The position numbers and the translations under genes were made by a program. From Eledone cirrhosa (taxonomy: Eukaryota): DNA of 64,000 bases. Numbering within the stretch: position 1 is the first letter of the stretch; each line of letters begins with the position of its first letter. The DNA lies in NCBI GenBank assembly GCA_964016885.1, contig OZ024749.1, positions 40,486,001 to 40,550,000 of the forward strand, given 5' to 3'. Of this stretch, positions 46,406 to 62,775 are shown piece after piece. The notes under the pieces are model-generated. The model was not told the origin of the DNA. It did no database searches and worked only from the letters and a program-made list of their open reading frames with translations.

Positions 46406-47167
46406 GTGAGAAGAGAGTATGATGTGAAGGTAATTAGGCTGCTATTTCGATAGTTATCTCCCTTGCCATTCGGTATTTCCCCCGTTCAATTTGTACAACA
46501 GTTATTTTTTTATTGTACCTTTGAACACAAAACATTATAAAATCATTCTATCCGAGACCATATCATTTTTTCGGACAATTTGATCCAGTCCTATATTTTC
46601 CAATGTTTTTCATTTTCCTTAAAATGACCGAGTTGATTTTGAGGAAGATTTCGTTGCTACTTCTAGCAAGTCCAGTGAGCATATCGTATAGGCTTTCTGT
46701 GTGGGTATCCGCAATGAATCGCCAGACATTTGAGTATCACTTCTACTTTCAAGTGTTTTATAAGAGTTATTTTCCTTGAATAAAGATGTTTGTCATCAAG
46801 AATTGTGTCCCTTGCTTTTGTATAATTTTTTTTTTATATTAAATTTAAATTATTTTGTTGGTGTTTTTCAAACCATAACCATCCCGTTCATTTTATCGCC
46901 TATGTTATTATTGTTACTCTGTAATCAAATACGTCAAGGTCAACTTAACCTTTCGTCTTTCTGTGGTCGATAAAATAAACTACAATTCCAATATTGTGGA
47001 TCGACATAATCGGCTTTCGGGGGTGGTGTTTATATTAGAAATACGATCGCCAGATCGTATGTCGATTGTCATATCACCGCAGTTCAAGCCGTCTAAACTG
47101 ACTCATCGCCGCAGTTGAGGCTGTCACGTCACCGCAGTCTATATTGTCACGTCATTGTAATGTTTAC

Positions 47168-47493
47168 CAGTGATTCCCAACGTGGATTGCACAACCCCCA
47201 GGGGAGCAATTTGAATATCTAAGGGATGCGATTTGAAAATTATGATAATGAGAATAAATTTCAGGTTTTACTTTATTACTTTTACACTAAGTCAACTTTG
47301 GTAGACATTACTGCCGAAAACTTCTGTCTCACCTCCCAATACGTTATTGAGCAAATTACACCACCTATGCACCAATTTGTTTACGCTTTGAATTCGATCA
47401 TTGCGGTTTTCATATCGGGGGGGGGGGGGGGGGGCATAACAATCTTTGAGATGTTGAGGTGGGGCATGGTGCACAAAAGGTTGAGAACCACTG
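47168..47493. mobile_element. hAT-type MITE
   Basis: TIRs cagtgattcccaac / gttgagaaccactg; the TSD is degenerate. Confidence 0.6.
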
Positions 47494-47688
47494 GTCTATA
47501 CTGTCACAACACCATAATCTATACTATTACATCATCACAGTCTCTATCGTCATATCACTTTGAAGTAAGGTTACACGATAGAGTGTGTAGTTCAGAGATC
47601 CAGGAATCGCCCCAGGTAGAGATATCACACCTCCGATAATACACACATGTTGTTAGAATATATATATATATTTATAGATATATAGATA

Positions 47689-47771
<83 letters not shown>

Positions 47772-47815
47772 GAAAAAGAACAAAGGAACAATTATGACAT
47801 TATAACAAGTTTATT

Positions 47816-47860
47816 GCCGACAGCCGTTTCGTCCGACCACATGGTGGAACTTTTCAAGGC
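47816..47860 (-). ncRNA. Hammerhead variant followed by AATAAA
   Basis: gcc-TTGAAAA-GTTC-CACCatGTGG-tc-GGAC-GAAAC-GGCT-GTC-ggc-AATAAA. Helices I (3 bp), II and III are visible; the 5' core is diverged. Confidence 0.6.
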
Positions 47861-48124
47861 ATACAACATGTGACTGTAAGATCATTATCTACATCAACGT
47901 ATCACTCAAGGCTAGCAGTTTGAAATTGTGGTATACATCAGCAGCTCGGCTTGTATAGTTGGGGTCTATATTCTAAGGGGGGGCTCTTTTATATTAGTTG
48001 TCGGGGTCAGGGATTGAAGGTTAAAAATTATGCGTATACGCATTGAGCTTAACTAGCTACCGTCACATATTTGGTAGGTCAGACGTGATCATCGCGATTC
48101 ACATACGACCTACCATACATCTTA

Positions 48125-48177
<53 letters not shown>

Positions 48178-48303
48178 ATTAAAATACTGGAGCGTGTTGG
48201 AGCTAAACACCCTCTTCGTATTATAGAAATGACAGTAAAAGGTATAGCTCAATGTAATTAAACAGAGCCGGAGAATTATGAATAATATATATATATATAT
48301 ATG

Positions 48304-48332
<29 letters not shown>

Positions 48333-48339
<7 letters not shown>

Positions 48340-48460
48340 ATACTTGGGGAGGGTCATATTTGTGTAATATTGCCAGAATTAATAACAGAACACACTCACT
48401 GTTTGGTTGGTTAATTCTGGCAATATTACACAAATATGACCCTCCCCAAGTATAACAATA
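48333..48460. repeat. Fold-back next to (TA)n
   Basis: ~50-bp perfect arms; family related to 9810-9990 and 52030-52410. Confidence 0.85.
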
Positions 48461-49072
48461 TTTGTTTCGACACACGATTTCATATAAAAAACCTCGCAAA
48501 ACTATATATATATATATATATATAATAGGATCGATCGACTTTCGTCAAATCGGACCGAGGGAACAATGTTTACGTTGGTCTTTCCAGTTGCTAGTACTAT
48601 CTATTGGTCGCAACTCCAGGTAGAAGGAGCAACGTGAAATAAAGTGTCTTGCTCAAGGACATAACGCATCGCCCGGTCCAGGAATCGAACTCACAACCTC
48701 AACATTGTGAATCCAATTCGCTAACCACTTATATATATATAAGATTCAGGAAGCCGGCAGCTGAGTTCCGGCCATTTCGACAGCTCAGCCGTCGGGGTTC
48801 TGAATCTTTTCATATTACCCACTCTACTACCCCAAGTATCGAGTACTCTGGTGGGTTATTTTACCACACCCAATCTGATATATATATAGAGATTGGGCCC
48901 TTTGTTTACATGTATATACACGTCTTGCACCTGTAGAGAAACGACTGGTAACATAAAAAATGGATTAGATTTTAAAACTCTCAAGCGTGAACCTAATAAC
49001 AAACACTGTTTAATAACAAGGCGTGCCGTTACTGTTGGTAACGGCACGCCTTGTTATTTGTTTTTTACTTTC

Positions 49073-49119
<47 letters not shown>

Positions 49120-49574
49120 GTGTGTGTGTGTCGTTCTCACATTTACACCCCACATAGACACGACGAGTATCCTTAACATAGTTCTCAGGGAGATTAAGTG
49201 TGACAGTATGTGACAGTGTATGACAATTTGAATTAGCTAAGTGGACTTGAACAACGTAAAAGAAAGCCTTTTTCAAGGACACAATGTGCCGCCTGGAATC
49301 GAACACCTAACTTTACGATCGTGAGCTGACCCCCCCCCCCCCCCCCCCATCTCTCCTCTACTAACAACTAAACTACACACCTTCACATAATTTATATGTT
49401 CTGTGTGTCCTCTAATTACAGTATTTAACCCTGACTCAGGTGGCTTCCGATGTTGAAAAAACACTGCAAATAATGGAATAGAGACCTTTGTCTATTACAT
49501 AAATATGTTGTCAGTACACTTTTATAATTAAAGTGTGTTTACGTTGTGTGTGTGTGTGTGCATGTGTGCGTGTG

Positions 49575-49654
<80 letters not shown>

Positions 49655-49718
49655 TGTGTGCGTGTGTGTGTGTGTGTGTCTCTGTGTGTGTGCGTGTGTG
49701 TGGTGTGTGTATGTGTGT

Positions 49719-49841
<123 letters not shown>

Positions 49842-49899
49842 TGTGTGTGTGCGTGTGTGTGTGTGTCTCTGTGTGTGTATGTGTGTGGTGTGTGTGTGT

Positions 49900-50023
<124 letters not shown>

Positions 50024-50209
50024 ATTTATAGGCGAAACGATTGAAAACGGAAAACGAAAACAGAGAACGAATGAGAGAAGGTGACGGGAGGGAGAGTGAG
50101 AGTACCACTGAGAGGGAGACTACGAGAAAGGGAGACAAATAGAGTGAGGGAACGATTTGAGAGAGATAGTGAGAGAGAGAGGGGGGGAGAAAAAAATAAC
50201 AACAGAGCT

Positions 50210-50780
50210 GATGTCTGGATATTTAGTGCCCTAGGCTAGCCCTACAATAGGTGTCTGGATATTTAATACCCTAGGGTGGCCCCACAGTGTGTGCTTGGGT
50301 ATTTCCTATCCTCGACTAGCCCTACAACGTGTGCTTGGGTAGTTAATACCAAGGGTGACTCTACAATGTGTGCCTGGGTATTTAATACCCTAGGTTAGCT
50401 CTACAATGTGTGTCTGGGTAGTTAATACCAAGGGTGACCCTTCAATGTGTGTCTGGGTATTTAATACCCTAGGTTAGCCCCACAATGTGTGCTTGGGTAT
50501 TTACTATCCTCGACTAGCCCTACAATGTGTGCCTGCGTATTTAGTAACAAGGGTGACCCTACAATCTGTGCTTAGGTATTTAATACCCTAGGGTAGCCCT
50601 TAGTGAGTGCGTGGGTATTTAATACTCTAGGGTGCCCTACAATGTGTGCCTGGGTATTTAGTAACAAGGGTGACATTACAATGTGTGCCTAGGTATTTAA
50701 TACCCTAGGTTAGCCCTTCAGTAAGTACTTGGGTATTTAATACCCTAGGGTAGCCCTACAGTGTGCTTGGGTATTTAGCA
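50210..50780. repeat. ~40-bp diverged minisatellite
   Basis: Unit ~gtgtgcttgggtatttaataccctagggtagccctacaat. Confidence 0.85.
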
Positions 50781-50822
50781 GATCTCAGTTTGTTGCAAGT
50801 ATTCCTCCTTCCGTTCCGTCAA

Positions 50823-51372
50823 CTCACCAGCCTCTGAAACCCAGTGAAGGGTTACGGGCCATGCCCTCCTTCTCCCCCTCGGACTCACCAGCCTCTGAAA
50901 CCCAGTGAAGGGTTACGGGCCATGCCCTCCCTCTCCCCCTCGGACTCACCAGCCTCTGAAACCCAGTGAAGGGTTACGGGCCATGCCCTCCCTCTCCCCC
51001 TCGGACTCACCAGCCTCTGAAACCCAGTGAAGGGTTACGGGCCATGCCCTCCCTCTCCCCCTCGGACTCACCAGCCTCTGAAACCCAGTGAAGGGTTACG
51101 GGCCATGCCCTCCCTCTCCCCCTCGGACTCACCAGCCTCTGAAACCCAGTGAAGGGTTACGGGCCATGCCCTCCCTCTCCCCCTCGGACTCACCAGCCTC
51201 TGAAACCCAGTGAAGGGTTACGGGCCATGCCCTCCCTCTCCCCCTCGGACTCACCAGCCTCTGAAACCCAGTGAAGGGTTACGGGCCATGCCCTCCCTCT
51301 CCCCCTCGGACTCACCAGCCTCTGAAACCCAGTGAAGGGTTACGGGCCATGCCCTCCTTCTCCCCCTCGGAC
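50823..51372. repeat. 61-bp GC-rich near-perfect tandem repeat, 9 copies
   Basis: Unit ctcaccagcctctgaaacccagtgaagggttacgggccatgccctccctctccccctcgga. Confidence 0.95.
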
Positions 51373-51800
51373 TAAGCAATAAAAAAGGAACAAACAAAGC
51401 ATACTCATGGTCTTTGTCTAATCACTAATACCAGTGCTCCAGCATGACCTTAGTCTAATAACCAAATCAAAGCAGTGCCCCAGAATGGTCTCGATCAAAT
51501 AACTAAATCAAAGCAGTGCCCCAGAATGGCCTCGATCGAATGACTAAATCAAAGCAGTGCTCCATCATGGTCTCGGTTTAATGATTAATACCAATGCCCC
51601 AGCATGACCTCAGCCTGAGAGTCCGAAACCAGTTAAAGAATTTTTTTTAAAAATAAAAGAATAGAAATTAAAAGATTAAAATTATAGAAATATTTTTCAG
51701 TTGACATTTAAATAACAAAACACTATACACACCTGATTTTACTCCGGGTCTATTGTCTATATTTAAGTGTGTATATGTGTGTATATGTGACTATGTGTGC

Positions 51801-52016
<216 letters not shown>

Positions 52017-52125
52017 TTCATTTTTCAATTTGTTTTGCAAGATTACTTATCTGAAAACGTATGTTGAAATAGATATTATACTTTGGGAGAGTCATGCTGC
52101 CAATAAAAACACACGCATCTGTTAG

Positions 52126-52410
52126 TTTTCACTTCAATTTATTATAAAATTTCGGTCGGCTGGTTGTTTCAAGAACCGGATGATTGTTTATATATTATCA
52201 CAGCTCTTTCGTCACACGTTCTGTGAAATCCTTCAGTGACTGGGTTTTTATTTTGTGTCTCTCCTTTGTTCTGTCCTACACCACAAAGGAGAGGAACAAA
52301 ATAAAAACCCAGTCACTGGGGAGGTCACAGAATGTGTGACCAAAAAGCTTTGACAATATATAAACAACCTTTCAACCAACCGGAAATTTATAATAAATTG
52401 AAGTGAAATC
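52126..52410. repeat. Diverged fold-back with a degenerate hammerhead-like core
   Basis: Minus-strand arm reads CTGAAGGA-tttcac..gtgac-GAAAG-AGCT. The two arms differ at multiple positions. Confidence 0.65.
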
Positions 52411-52574
52411 TAACATATGCGTGCCCCTCCTAAAGTATAACAATATATATGTGTGTGTATGTATATATACATATATATATACCTATAATGTGTGGGTATA
52501 TATATATACCCACAATTTAACACGCACACACCCGGGGCACTAACGTTTAATCTCGAGAATTTTACCCGTCCTAG

Positions 52575-52679
<105 letters not shown>

Positions 52680-52838
52680 AATATATATACATTATTCGGA
52701 TCATCAGCTCGGGTTAAAAAACCTAGCTGATATATATAAAAGAGACTGTTTGCATAATTGCAAACGAATCGAAAATTTATCATTAATATTTGAAAAACTC
52801 GGATTACATTTATTGTATTCAGCCATGTAGAGCGAAAA

Positions 52839-52876
<38 letters not shown>

Positions 52877-52904
52877 TAGATAGATTTATGTATATATATA
52901 TTTA

Positions 52905-52972
<68 letters not shown>

Positions 52973-53150
52973 ATCAAAAGATGGTTAAATGAGTTCCATG
53001 TATTTTATTATGCGCATTTCAAAAACAAATATCATCATGCAATAACATTTGTGTTTTCATCAGATAAAATAGGAGGACATGATATGAAGGTTAAAAAACA
53101 CTTGTGGATAGTGCAGTTTTAAATCAACATATCATGTCCTCCTATTTTAT

Positions 53151-53205
53151 CTGATGAAAACACAAATGTTATTGCATGATGATATTTGTTTTTGAAATGC
53201 GCATA
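53151..53205 (+). ncRNA. Hammerhead ribozyme (mirror copy 53009-53063 on -) inside fold-back 52969-53248
   Basis: CTGATGA, long helix II (AAAcACAAATGTTAT / ATGATATTTGTtTTT), GAAAT-GCGC-ATA with palindromic helix III ATGCGCAT, then AATAAA. Confidence 0.8.
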
Positions 53206-53611
53206 ATAAAATACATGGAACTCATTTAACCATCTTTTGATCTTATATATTATGTATACTCCAGTCCTACAAACTGTAGAGTGCTTCTTATCCGATATCT
53301 GCATTGCTTTATTGTACTACAATAAAACTTACCTCCTACATATATATATATATATATATATTTATGTATATATATATATTTATTTATATATATATATGTA
53401 TATATATATACATATATATAGAGAGATTTATGTATATATATATTTGTGGGGGGGGGGTCTGATGGTAGCTATGATGCTTCCATAGGCGGTATGCCGGTTG
53501 AGCACTCTATGTTCTTACAGAGCAGAGTATGATATAATATAAAACGAAAAATCAGTGATACATCTGGACTCAATTTGAGTTCAGATGCATCACTGATTTT
53601 TCGTTTTATAT

Positions 53612-53710
<99 letters not shown>

Positions 53711-53715
53711 ATATA

Positions 53716-53746
<31 letters not shown>

Positions 53747-53769
53747 GTATATATGTATATATATATATT

Positions 53770-53819
<50 letters not shown>

Positions 53820-53830
53820 AATATATATAT

Positions 53831-53873
<43 letters not shown>

Positions 53874-54245
53874 AAAGATCTATTTAAAGTTGTTGGGATA
53901 CAACAAGTAAATATATTTATAACTGACATAAAGCACTCGACAAATTTTTGGAGTAGATATACGATATTAATAAATGGAAACTATATTTATAAAACCATAT
54001 TTATTTCATTATACATATTTCAGGGATACCACATTAAATTTTGGTATGCCTTCATCAGACAAAATACAATATATAACAGTTTTACAAATAAGTTTGACGT
54101 ACCCTTTTAAAATACAACCATTACTTTTGGAGGCTGTCTGGATAGCCTCCAAAAGTAATGGCTGTATTTTAAAGGGTACGTCAAAGGCTGTATTTTAAAG
54201 GGTACGTCAAACCTATTTGTAAAACTGTTATATATTGTATTTTGT

Positions 54246-54294
54246 CTGATGAAGGCATACCAAAATTTAATGTGGTATCCCTGAAATATGTATA
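54246..54294 (+). ncRNA. Hammerhead ribozyme (mirror copy ~54010-54058 on -) inside fold-back 53959-54345
   Basis: CTGATGA-AGG-cATACC..GGTATc-CCT-GAAAT-ATGT-ATA, then AATAAA. Confidence 0.8.
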
Positions 54295-54342
54295 ATGAAA
54301 TAAATATGGTTTTATAAATATAGTTTCCATTTATTAATATCG

Positions 54343-54381
<39 letters not shown>

Positions 54382-54427
54382 ATATATAAATATATATATA
54401 TACATAAATATATATATACATATATTC

Positions 54428-54468
<41 letters not shown>

Positions 54469-54631
54469 AAAAAAAAAAATATATTTTCGCTCTACATGGC
54501 TGAATACAATAAATGTAATCCGAGTTTTTCAAATATTAATGATCAATTTCGATTCGTTTGCAATTATGCAAACAGTCTCTTTTATATATATCAGGTAGGT
54601 TTTTTAACCCGAGGTGATGATCCGAATAATG

Positions 54632-54759
<128 letters not shown>

Positions 54760-54804
54760 TGTATGTGTGTATGTGTGTGGGTGTATGTGTGTGTATGTGT
54801 GGGT

Positions 54805-54843
<39 letters not shown>

Positions 54844-54920
54844 TGTATGTGTGTGTGTGTATGTATATGTGTGTGTGGGTGTGTGTGGGTGTGTGGGTGG
54901 GTGTGGGTGTATGTGTGTGT

Positions 54921-54957
<37 letters not shown>

Positions 54958-54989
54958 CTAGGGGGGGGTAAAATTCCGAGATCAAACGT

Positions 54990-55272
<283 letters not shown>

Positions 55273-55279
55273 ATATATG

Positions 55280-55370
<91 letters not shown>

Positions 55371-55388
55371 TACATATATATATATATT

Positions 55389-55424
<36 letters not shown>

Positions 55425-55462
55425 CATATATACATATATATATTATACATATATATATATAA

Positions 55463-55493
<31 letters not shown>

Positions 55494-55739
55494 CATATAT
55501 ATATATAAATATATATATATATACATATATATATGTATATATATAGATATACATATATATATATATATATATATACATATATACCTATAGATATACCTAT
55601 AATGTGTGGGTATATATATATATATATATACACACACTCACACTCTCATATATACACTCTATATACACACTCCCTACACTGCCCACTGTCAACGCTCATA
55701 CACACCTCCATCGTCACACCACACATAAACATACACATA

Positions 55740-56001
55740 CCCTGACACACACACACTCTCACATACATCCACACTGACACACACACACACACTCACTCTC
55801 ACATACATCCACACTGACACACACACACACACACACACACTCTCTCTCTCTCTCACATACATCCACACTGACACACACACACACACTCTCTCACATACAT
55901 CCACACTGACACACACACACACACACACTCTCTCTCACATACATCCACACTGACACACACACACACACACACACTCTCTCTCTTTCACATACATCCACAC
56001 T

Positions 56002-56039
<38 letters not shown>

Positions 56040-56115
56040 CTCTCTCACATACATCCACACTGACACACACACACACACACACACACACTCTCTCTCTTTC
56101 ACATACATCCACACT

Positions 56116-56157
<42 letters not shown>

Positions 56158-56530
56158 CTCTCTCACATACATCCACACTGACACACACACACACACTCTC
56201 TCACATACATCCACACTGACACACACACACACTCTCTCTCACATACATCCACACTGACACACACACACTCTCTCTTTCACATACATCCACACGGACACAC
56301 ACACACTCTCTCTCTCTCCTATCTCTCTCCTCTCTCTCTCTCACATACTTCCACACTCACACACACATACACACACACACACACACTCCCTCTCTCCTCT
56401 CTCTCTCTCACATACTTCCACACTGACTCACACACACTCACACACACACACTCTCTCTCTCTCCTCTCTCTCACATACTTCCACACTGACTCACACACAC
56501 ACACACACACACTCTCTCTCTCTCTCTCTC
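55740..56530. repeat. Compound repeat: cacatacatccacactga alternating with variable (CA)n(CT)n
   Basis: Direct reading of the sequence. Confidence 0.85.
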
Positions 56531-56737
56531 TCACCCCAGCCCACCCCTGAAACATACGTCCACCCTGACACCCCAGCTATTTCTAATGTCACTCTCTCGT
56601 CAACAGTGGGTGCAGTCCACCACAAACGCTCTTCTATAAATGATGCTAAAATATTTTCAGCAGCACTGGACAACCGCAAAAACCACTGAAACTCTTCTAT
56701 GACCACCACATCGAGTCCACACACCCCTTCAACCGAC

Positions 56738-57412
56738 CTCCATACACACCCGAACATACATCCACACATACACACACTTCTACTGGCCACCACGACCTCT
56801 GCTGCACCACATCCATACACACACGAACATACATCCACACATACACACACTTCTACTGGCCACCACGACCTCTGCTGCACCACATCCATACACACACGAA
56901 CATACATCCACACATACACACACTTCTACTGGCCACCACGACCTCTGCTGCACCACATCCATACACACACGAACATACATCCACACATACACACACTTCT
57001 ACTGGCCACCACGACCTCTGCTGCACCACATCCATACACACACGAACATACATCCACACATACACACACTTCTACTGGCCACCACGACCTCTGCTGCACC
57101 ACATCCATACACACACGAACATACATCCACACATACACACACTTCTACTGGCCACCACGACCTCTGCTGCACCACATCCATACACACACGAACATACATC
57201 CACACATACACACACTTCTACTGGCCACCACGACCTCTGCTGCACCACATCCATACACACACGAACATACATCCACACATACACACACTTCTACTGGCCA
57301 CCACGACCTCTGCTGCACCACATCCATACACACACGAACATACATCCACACATACACACACTTCTACTGGCCACCACGACCTCTGCTGCACCACATCCAT
57401 ACACACCCGAAC
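56738..57412. repeat. 73-bp perfect tandem repeat, ~9 copies
   Basis: Identical ORF translations recur at a 73-bp period (56780, 56853, 56926...). Confidence 0.95.
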
Positions 57413-57651
57413 ACGACTGCCCACCACCTCCATCCACACACCAAAACGTACTTCTAGTGACCACCACACCCTACCCCGAACACTGACCACTCCCGTGTTA
57501 TTCTAAAAGCACAACTCCCTTACATTGACCACACCTCACTAATTCCACACCATTGAGGATCCTTCTCTCATTAGACCCGAGTAATTCCACACGCAAAACA
57601 CTCTCGCACTGAAGTGACCAAACCAGGACCGATACCATAGGCTTGAAGTCC

Positions 57652-57761
<110 letters not shown>

Positions 57762-58685
57762 GCGCGCACACACACACACACACATGCACACACACATATA
57801 TATATATATATATATAGAAATCACATGAATCAAAGTTCTGTTCAAACCATTTATTAGCTTACAGTTTTAGTATATACATAACCATAAATAGCATCCTTAA
57901 TACTATATATATATATATTCATTTTACTTAGGCTAAATAGTTAGCCTTAATAAAATGAATATATAAACTCTACTTCGGTATTGAGTACTCTTTTCTCTCA
58001 GCTGTTCGAAGAATCCGATTGAACCGTGAGCTAATCGATATAGAAACAATTATAATATGCTAATAAATTGTTCCCATATGCTACAATAACTTCGATTTTA
58101 TTTACTACATATATATATATTTGTATATAATGAGAACAACCGAAGTTATACAGCTGCCCAATAGTATAAATGGCATAAATATATAAATAATAAATATATT
58201 ATTTATATATGTCCCTGAATAAAATTGTTCCTACACAAAACCTCAGCCCTGACCGCACAAAGTTTCCCAATTTACCAGACATGGCTCTCATGCACTGACC
58301 AATTCCGCTGAACTGACCACACTAGGCCCTTGTTATAGACACGAAGAATCTACACACACACACACACACACACAAACCAGACCTGACTAATTCCATTGAC
58401 ATTTTAAACTAACTAAAGATGTTGAACTATCGTGCCATCACCAGGAACTGCTTAGTAAAACGGATCCACCTCGGCAACATTATAATTCTGCTTTTACTTA
58501 TCGTCTTCATATTCTTCCTTATTCAAGGTAAGTTTATTTACTTACAAACCTCCACAACATTTTTATTATTCTTGCATATTTTCACGTGTAAAAAAAGTTC
58601 ATTACTAATCATTTTTCCAATTCAAAGAGTTTGGAAATCACAGCACAGTGATTTCCCGAACATACTGTGTATACATATATATATA

Positions 58686-59624
<939 letters not shown>

Positions 59625-59658
59625 ATAATAACTTGTGTGTTACACCTCTATTCTTTTA

Positions 59659-59710
<52 letters not shown>

Positions 59711-59729
59711 TGCAAGGTTTTTTTTTTAT

Positions 59730-60010
59730 ATAGGAAATGTGTTATATGTAAAGTAAACCCCCGGGTAAACTGTAAAACTAGAAACGTAGTATATAGCATA
59801 AGATGTACAGAGGGTACTTGCAGAAACATGACAACAACATACATAGGCGAGACAGCTCGTGGGGGGAACTAAAAGGACGAAAAAACGGTTCAGTACTATA
59901 CGAACACGCCAGAGAACAACATGACGGTAACATAGACAACATAGAAATTAAAATAATATCTAAACATAGAAATGACCCAGCAGATAGGCAAATCAGAGAG
60001 GCAAGTGTAA
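59730..60010 (+). pseudogene. GIY-YIG endonuclease remnant of a second Penelope family
   Basis: NCKTRNVVYSIRCTEGTCRNMTTTYIGETAR, then frameshifted SVLYEHAREQH...DPADRQIREA. Begins just after (TA)n. Confidence 0.8.
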
Positions 60011-60584
60011 AGTCATTGTATTCCATCCCTATGATTTGTGGCGGATTAAGGTGGGGTCGCTGCTGCTGCCATAAATAATATACAAGAGCCCTAATAAAAT
60101 TTCCAGCGAGGAGCCCCATGTAATCCTAATCTGCCCCTGTCTAGTACCATATGACCATGTAAGAAATCTTTATATGGTCCAGCGCTGAGTTAGATTCCCT
60201 GTAAAACCAACGCCATGTTTCGATGCTGGTCACAATCTGTTCACTTCTCTTAACAACAGTTTTGTCCTGATTTTTACTATAATGATCTAGACGTGTGTTC
60301 TGGTGGCAGTGGCCTCGCTTGCCTTAAAAAGGTGAGGGGGACAAATCAGCATTTGTTGATTCTTAAAGGAGCATGTTAATATTGCATAAGGTGCCTTTCC
60401 CGGACCCTATCACATAAGTAAAATTTTACGCTAATTAAATTTTATATATTCAAATGAAGTTCAGATATGAAAAAAAATAAGCTTAAAAAGAATTTATTAT
60501 ATGAAATAAACAAAAAATAAAACATAGACGTTTGAAAAAATGTGTAGGGGGGACTTGTCCTCTGGTACCCCCCTGAAAAAGCCT

Positions 60585-60868
60585 CTTGCTTGGTGGTTAG
60601 GGTGTTGGACTTATGATCGTAATGTAATGTATTTGATCCTTGGATCGGGTGACGCTCTGTATTTTTGAGCAAAATGCTTTTCTCAAATTTCACATTGCTT
60701 CCCTACTCTCAACTGAAAATAAGTACAAGCAGTAGTTGGGGGCTAAACCTGTAAAAGGAATGACGTTCTATCCAGAGGGTGAGTCCTTACACTCTTAATC
60801 CCATAACGTCGATGAAACTGGGATAAGCTCGGGCCCGATGAGCCTCTGGGTTTAGAACAGACTTTAAC
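60585..60868 (+). mobile_element. tRNA-derived SINE family 2 (diverged)
   Basis: Homologous to 18878-19125. Confidence 0.7.
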
Positions 60869-61391
60869 TAATTATTTAGCAGAAACTATCTAATAAAATG
60901 TGTTTGTTTGTTCAAATGTTTATAGTATATCTTTATTAGTAGACAGATCATTGTAAAAATGTGTAATATTTAGAGTAAAAACATTAATTTTCCATGTGAT
61001 GCCGTCTTACTATTGTTTCGTAATTTTCAAGAATGTATTGCTAAAGTGGTTTGTTAATTTAAATGTTTATAGTATCTTTACTAGTGGTCAAATCATTGTG
61101 AAATTTGCAGTAAACAGCAAAAACTTTAATTCTTAATGTGATGCAAACATAATGCTGGTTTATACTTTAGAAAAATGTCTTGCTAATGTGGTTTCATGTA
61201 GCTTGTTATTTCAAATGTCCATAGTATATGTTCTAATGAACAGATCGTTGTAAACATTTGAAGTAAACTAAAGAATTCGAATTTTAATACGATTTCTAGT
61301 GTGGTTTCCTGTGGTACAGGACATTGAGAGTTCACGTGTGGCAAGAATAGGGTTTCTACACCGTAGTTTCACTGGATAAACGCAACCATTA

Positions 61392-61441
61392 ACACAACAA
61401 TAACAACAACTACTACTACTACTACTACTACAACAACAACA

Positions 61442-61476
<35 letters not shown>

Positions 61477-62405
61477 AACAACAACTACTACCACTACTAC
61501 TGCTACAACAACAACTACAACAACAACAACTACTACTACAACAACAACTACAACAACAACAACTACTACTACAACAACAACAATACTAGCTACAACAACA
61601 ACAACAACTACTACTACTACTACTACAACAACAACAATACTAGCTACAACAACAACAACAACTACTACTACTACTACTACAACAACAACAACTACTACCA
61701 CTACTACAACAACAACAACAATAACAACAACAACAACGACAACAACAACTACAACAACAACAACAACTACTACTACAACACAACAACAACTACTACAACA
61801 ACAACAACAACAACTACTACTACAACAACAACAACAATACTAGCTACAACAACAACAACAACTACTACAACAACAACAACAATACCAGCTACAACAACAA
61901 CTACAACAACAACAACAACAACAACAACTACAACAACAACAACAATACCAGCTACAACAACAACAACAACAATACCAGCTACAGCAACAACAACAACAAC
62001 ACTAGCTACAACAACAACAACAACAACAACAATGCCAGCTACAACAACAACAACAACAATACTAGCTACAACAACAACAACAACAATACCAGCTACAACA
62101 ACAACAACAACAACACTAGCTACAACAACAACAACAACAACAACAACTACAACAACAACAACAATACCAGCTACAACAACAACTACAACAACAACAACAA
62201 CAACTACAACAACAACAACAACAACAACAATACCAGCTACAACAACAACAACAACAATACCAGCTACAACAACAACAACAACAATACCAGCTACTACAAC
62301 AACAACAACAATACCAGCTACAACAACAACAACAACAATACCAGCTACAACAACAACAACAACAATACCAGCTACAACAACAACAACAACAATACCAGCT
62401 ACAAC
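61392..62405. repeat. (ACA/ACT)n microsatellite with ataccagct interruptions
   Basis: Direct reading of the sequence. Confidence 0.9.
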
Positions 62406-62588
62406 GTTCTCTGATGTAGTAAAACTTCCGGCTGATCACTTAAACGATGTCAAACATAGAAAGAAAAACAGTTCTTGAGATGTCCTTCCTCTCCCTCCCT
62501 CTCCCCTTCCCCTCACTCTCCCTCTCTCTCGCTTTCTATATATATATATCGCTCCCACTCTCTCGCCCTCCTTCTCCATCACTCGCCA

Positions 62589-62648
<60 letters not shown>

Positions 62649-62714
62649 CTTCCTATCTCTCTTCCTACCATCTCTCTTATTCATCCTTCCATGCCTCCCT
62701 TTCTCTCTCTCACC

Positions 62715-62775
<61 letters not shown>

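Noticed and set aside
55740-57412. CRISPR-like appearance of repeat arrays (also 10511, 12715, 50823)
   Set aside because: No unique spacers: units are contiguous or separated only by microsatellite. No cas genes, and the context is eukaryotic.
62032-62478. TTTTTIPA repeat ORF resembling a mucin exon
   Set aside because: Part of an (ACA)n tract with no convincing start or linked exons. It cannot be fully excluded without RNA data.
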